Source of the DNA: an uncultured bacterium
Lineage (GTDB): Bacteria > JAJVIF01 > JAPKYR01
Direction of reading: 5' to 3'
Assembly: GCA_965369865.1 (NCBI GenBank)
Contig: CBDURU010000021.1
Location: 1 to 38,371 of the forward strand
Length of the DNA stretch: 38,371 bases
Of the stretch, positions 36,373-38,371 are shown in pieces. A program made the translations under genes and the position numbers. How positions within the stretch are numbered: position 1 is the stretch's first letter; every line of letters begins with the position of its first letter. The notes beneath the pieces were generated by a model, which worked only from the letters and a program-made list of their open reading frames with translations, did no database searches and had not been told where the DNA came from.

Positions 36373-36653
36373 ACGTTATGAGGTGGGCCGATCCCACATT
36401 GGAAAAGCATAAATACAGAGGACGAGGCATCGGTCGAGGATTCATTGTCCGCTCTAAACAACCATGGCGGAATCGGTCTGAGTATCGCTGTTCCGGGTCA
36501 ATATGTACATGCTTCTATCTCAGCCTTTAAATTCTATTAAGAGATATTAAGTTAGAGAATATTTGTTTATCTCACTCAGATTAAACATGATATAGGCGTG
36601 TCAAACGATATTATACCAGTAGGTCAACCTGCTTCCTGGAGGTTTATAATTTA

Positions 36654-38033
36654 ATGTCTTTAATGAGTAGAATTCGGCTGGAGCAGCAAGCGAGAGCACA
36701 GAAGGAAACTGGGGATTCAAGTATACCCTTACGTGGTGAGCGAAAGATTCGCACTGATCCTTTCAGGGAACTTAAAAGCCGCCTCCATACTGAGATCGTA
36801 CAGGAAGTAGATCCACAGCTTCTTGATGACAAAGAATCCACGGATCTGGTAAGGCAGACTGTTGAAAATATTATCATAGAAAAACTGGCGCAGGAAGAGA
36901 AGCCTCTCAGCCGGTCCGAAAGGGAACACATCCTTGGTGACCTTCTTGATGAGATTCTCGGTTTCGGACCGATTGAGGGTTTACTGCACGACGAAACCGT
37001 CACAGAGATTATGGTCAATGGTCCGACCCAGGTTTACTGTGAGAGAAACGGGTTACTGACTCAAACTGATATCCAGTTTGATGATGACAACCATGTATTG
37101 CGAATAATAGAGAAAATTGTAGCTCCGATCGGGAGGCGTATCGATGAATCCACCCCGATGGTCGATGCACGCCTTCCGGATGGCAGCCGTGTTAACTGTA
37201 TTATCCCACCCCTCAGTCTTGTCGGACCTACAATAACAATCCGTAAATTCTCCAGGGACCCGTTTACCATATCTGACCTTATTAATTTTGGCACTCTAAC
37301 ATCTCAAATGGCGGATTTTTTTAAGGCTTGTGTTGAGGGCAGGATGAATATCATTGTGTCAGGCGGTACCGGGTCAGGTAAGACAAGCACACTGAATGTG
37401 TTATCGAGTTTCATACCTCCGGATGAACGGATTATAACGGTAGAGGACGCGGCAGAGCTCCAGCTCCACCAGGAACATGTCGTTACTCTTGAAAGCAGGC
37501 CAGCTAATATTGAGGGTAAAGGCGCGATAACTATCCGTGACCTGGTTAAGAATTGTTTGAGAATGCGTCCCGACAGAATCGTTATTGGGGAGTGCAGGTC
37601 GGCTGAGGCCCTGGACATGCTCCAGGCGATGAATACCGGACACGATGGAAGTTTAACGACCGGTCACGCCAATTCACCAAGGGATATCCTCAGTCGTCTG
37701 GAAACTATGGTTCTTATGGCCGGTGTGGAACTTCCGGTACGTGCTATTCGAGAGCAGGTAGCCAGTGCAATCAATTTGATTATCCAGCAGTCCAGGATGA
37801 GGGATGGATCGAGGAAAATTACACATGTAACAGAAATCGTTGGAATGGAGGGTGACAAGATTACCCTTCAGGATATTTTCGTCTTTAAGCGAAGCGGTAT
37901 AGATGAACAGGGAAATATCATCGGTGAGTTCGAGCCGACTGGAATTTTACCGAGGTTCTTAACAACACTTGAAGCAGAAGGTATTAAAGTACAAAGAGAG
38001 ATTTTCTTCCCTAAAAATGGACTCATAGAATAG
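36654..38033 (+). CDS. cpaF: Tad pilus assembly ATPase CpaF/TadA
   Basis: EIMVNG, DARLPDGSRVN, GGTGSGKT, EDAAEL, LRMRPDRIVIGECR, AMNTGHDGS. Confidence 0.94.
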   Translation: MSLMSRIRLEQQARAQKETGDSSIPLRGERKIRTDPFRELKSRLHTEIVQEVDPQLLDDKESTDLVRQTVENIIIEKLAQEEKPLSRSEREHILGDLLDEILGFGPIEGLLHDETVTEIMVNGPTQVYCERNGLLTQTDIQFDDDNHVLRIIEKIVAPIGRRIDESTPMVDARLPDGSRVNCIIPPLSLVGPTITIRKFSRDPFTISDLINFGTLTSQMADFFKACVEGRMNIIVSGGTGSGKTSTLNVLSSFIPPDERIITVEDAAELQLHQEHVVTLESRPANIEGKGAITIRDLVKNCLRMRPDRIVIGECRSAEALDMLQAMNTGHDGSLTTGHANSPRDILSRLETMVLMAGVELPVRAIREQVASAINLIIQQSRMRDGSRKITHVTEIVGMEGDKITLQDIFVFKRSGIDEQGNIIGEFEPTGILPRFLTTLEAEGIKVQREIFFPKNGLIE

Positions 38034-38062
38034 GGGAAATACTTACAGAAGGTGACATACCA

Positions 38063-38371
38063 ATGACTTTACCGTTGGTTTTAGGAGCAGTTTTCTTCGC
38101 AATAGCAATCGTCGGATGGGCGGTAAGCCAGTCGTTGGCGCAACGATCGAAGGCCAGCGTATCAGGACGTCTTGCCAGCTATGTTGAGAAAGTTGATAAG
38201 AGCTCTACTTTTACAACTGCTGATGGTCAGGATGACGATATGAAGTTCCCTGATATCTGGCACGAAATCGATCAATTGTTTGAGAAGAAAACTCTCGTAC
38301 AGAAAATGATACTCGAGTTCCAGAAGGCGGATCTGAAACTCAGGTACAGTGAATATGTCGGCCTGTACTTT
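38063..38371 (+). CDS. tadB: TadB-like inner-membrane platform protein (runs off the window end)
   Basis: Open frame MTLPLVLGAVFFAIAIVGW...EFQKADLKLRYSEY to the window end; N-terminal TM segment; position after cpaF. Confidence 0.75.
   Translation, partial: MTLPLVLGAVFFAIAIVGWAVSQSLAQRSKASVSGRLASYVEKVDKSSTFTTADGQDDDMKFPDIWHEIDQLFEKKTLVQKMILEFQKADLKLRYSEYVGLYF

Overview
Bacterial genomic window, probably from an anaerobic diderm (secretin, lipoproteins, radical SAM and Fe-S genes); taxonomy cannot be assigned from sequence alone. The left half holds housekeeping and envelope genes: MBL hydrolase, aminotransferase, radical SAM protein, two lipoproteins, a polyprenyl-phosphate sugar transferase, a degenerate ApbE, an aldo/keto reductase, an ABC-F ATPase, an acyl-ACP-reductase-like fusion, a GT-C-like membrane protein, MTA phosphorylase and an ECF sigma/zinc-ribbon pair. 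The right half holds ribB(X)-[DUF4268]-ribH-orf-purB, a ~3.3 kb TIR/toxin-antitoxin islet bounded by a duplicated purB 3' end, and a Tad/Flp pilus locus whose two flp genes and partial tadB are missing from the ORF track. The most striking object is an AT-rich cassette at ~21.8-22.2 kb. It contains a minus-strand tRNA with a tRNA-Leu-type body (A73, A15:U48, Leu-type variable arm) but a serine AGA anticodon. The tRNA is bracketed by two homologous, covarying hairpins and overlaid by a near-consensus antisense promoter and terminator, making it a candidate regulated Ser-to-Leu mistranslation module. The window also contains a 140-bp MITE with a 4-bp target duplication inserted into a palindrome, several REP-like repeat families, and a 4x25-bp amplification of the ribB stop region. 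All product calls come from motif recognition, not database searches.
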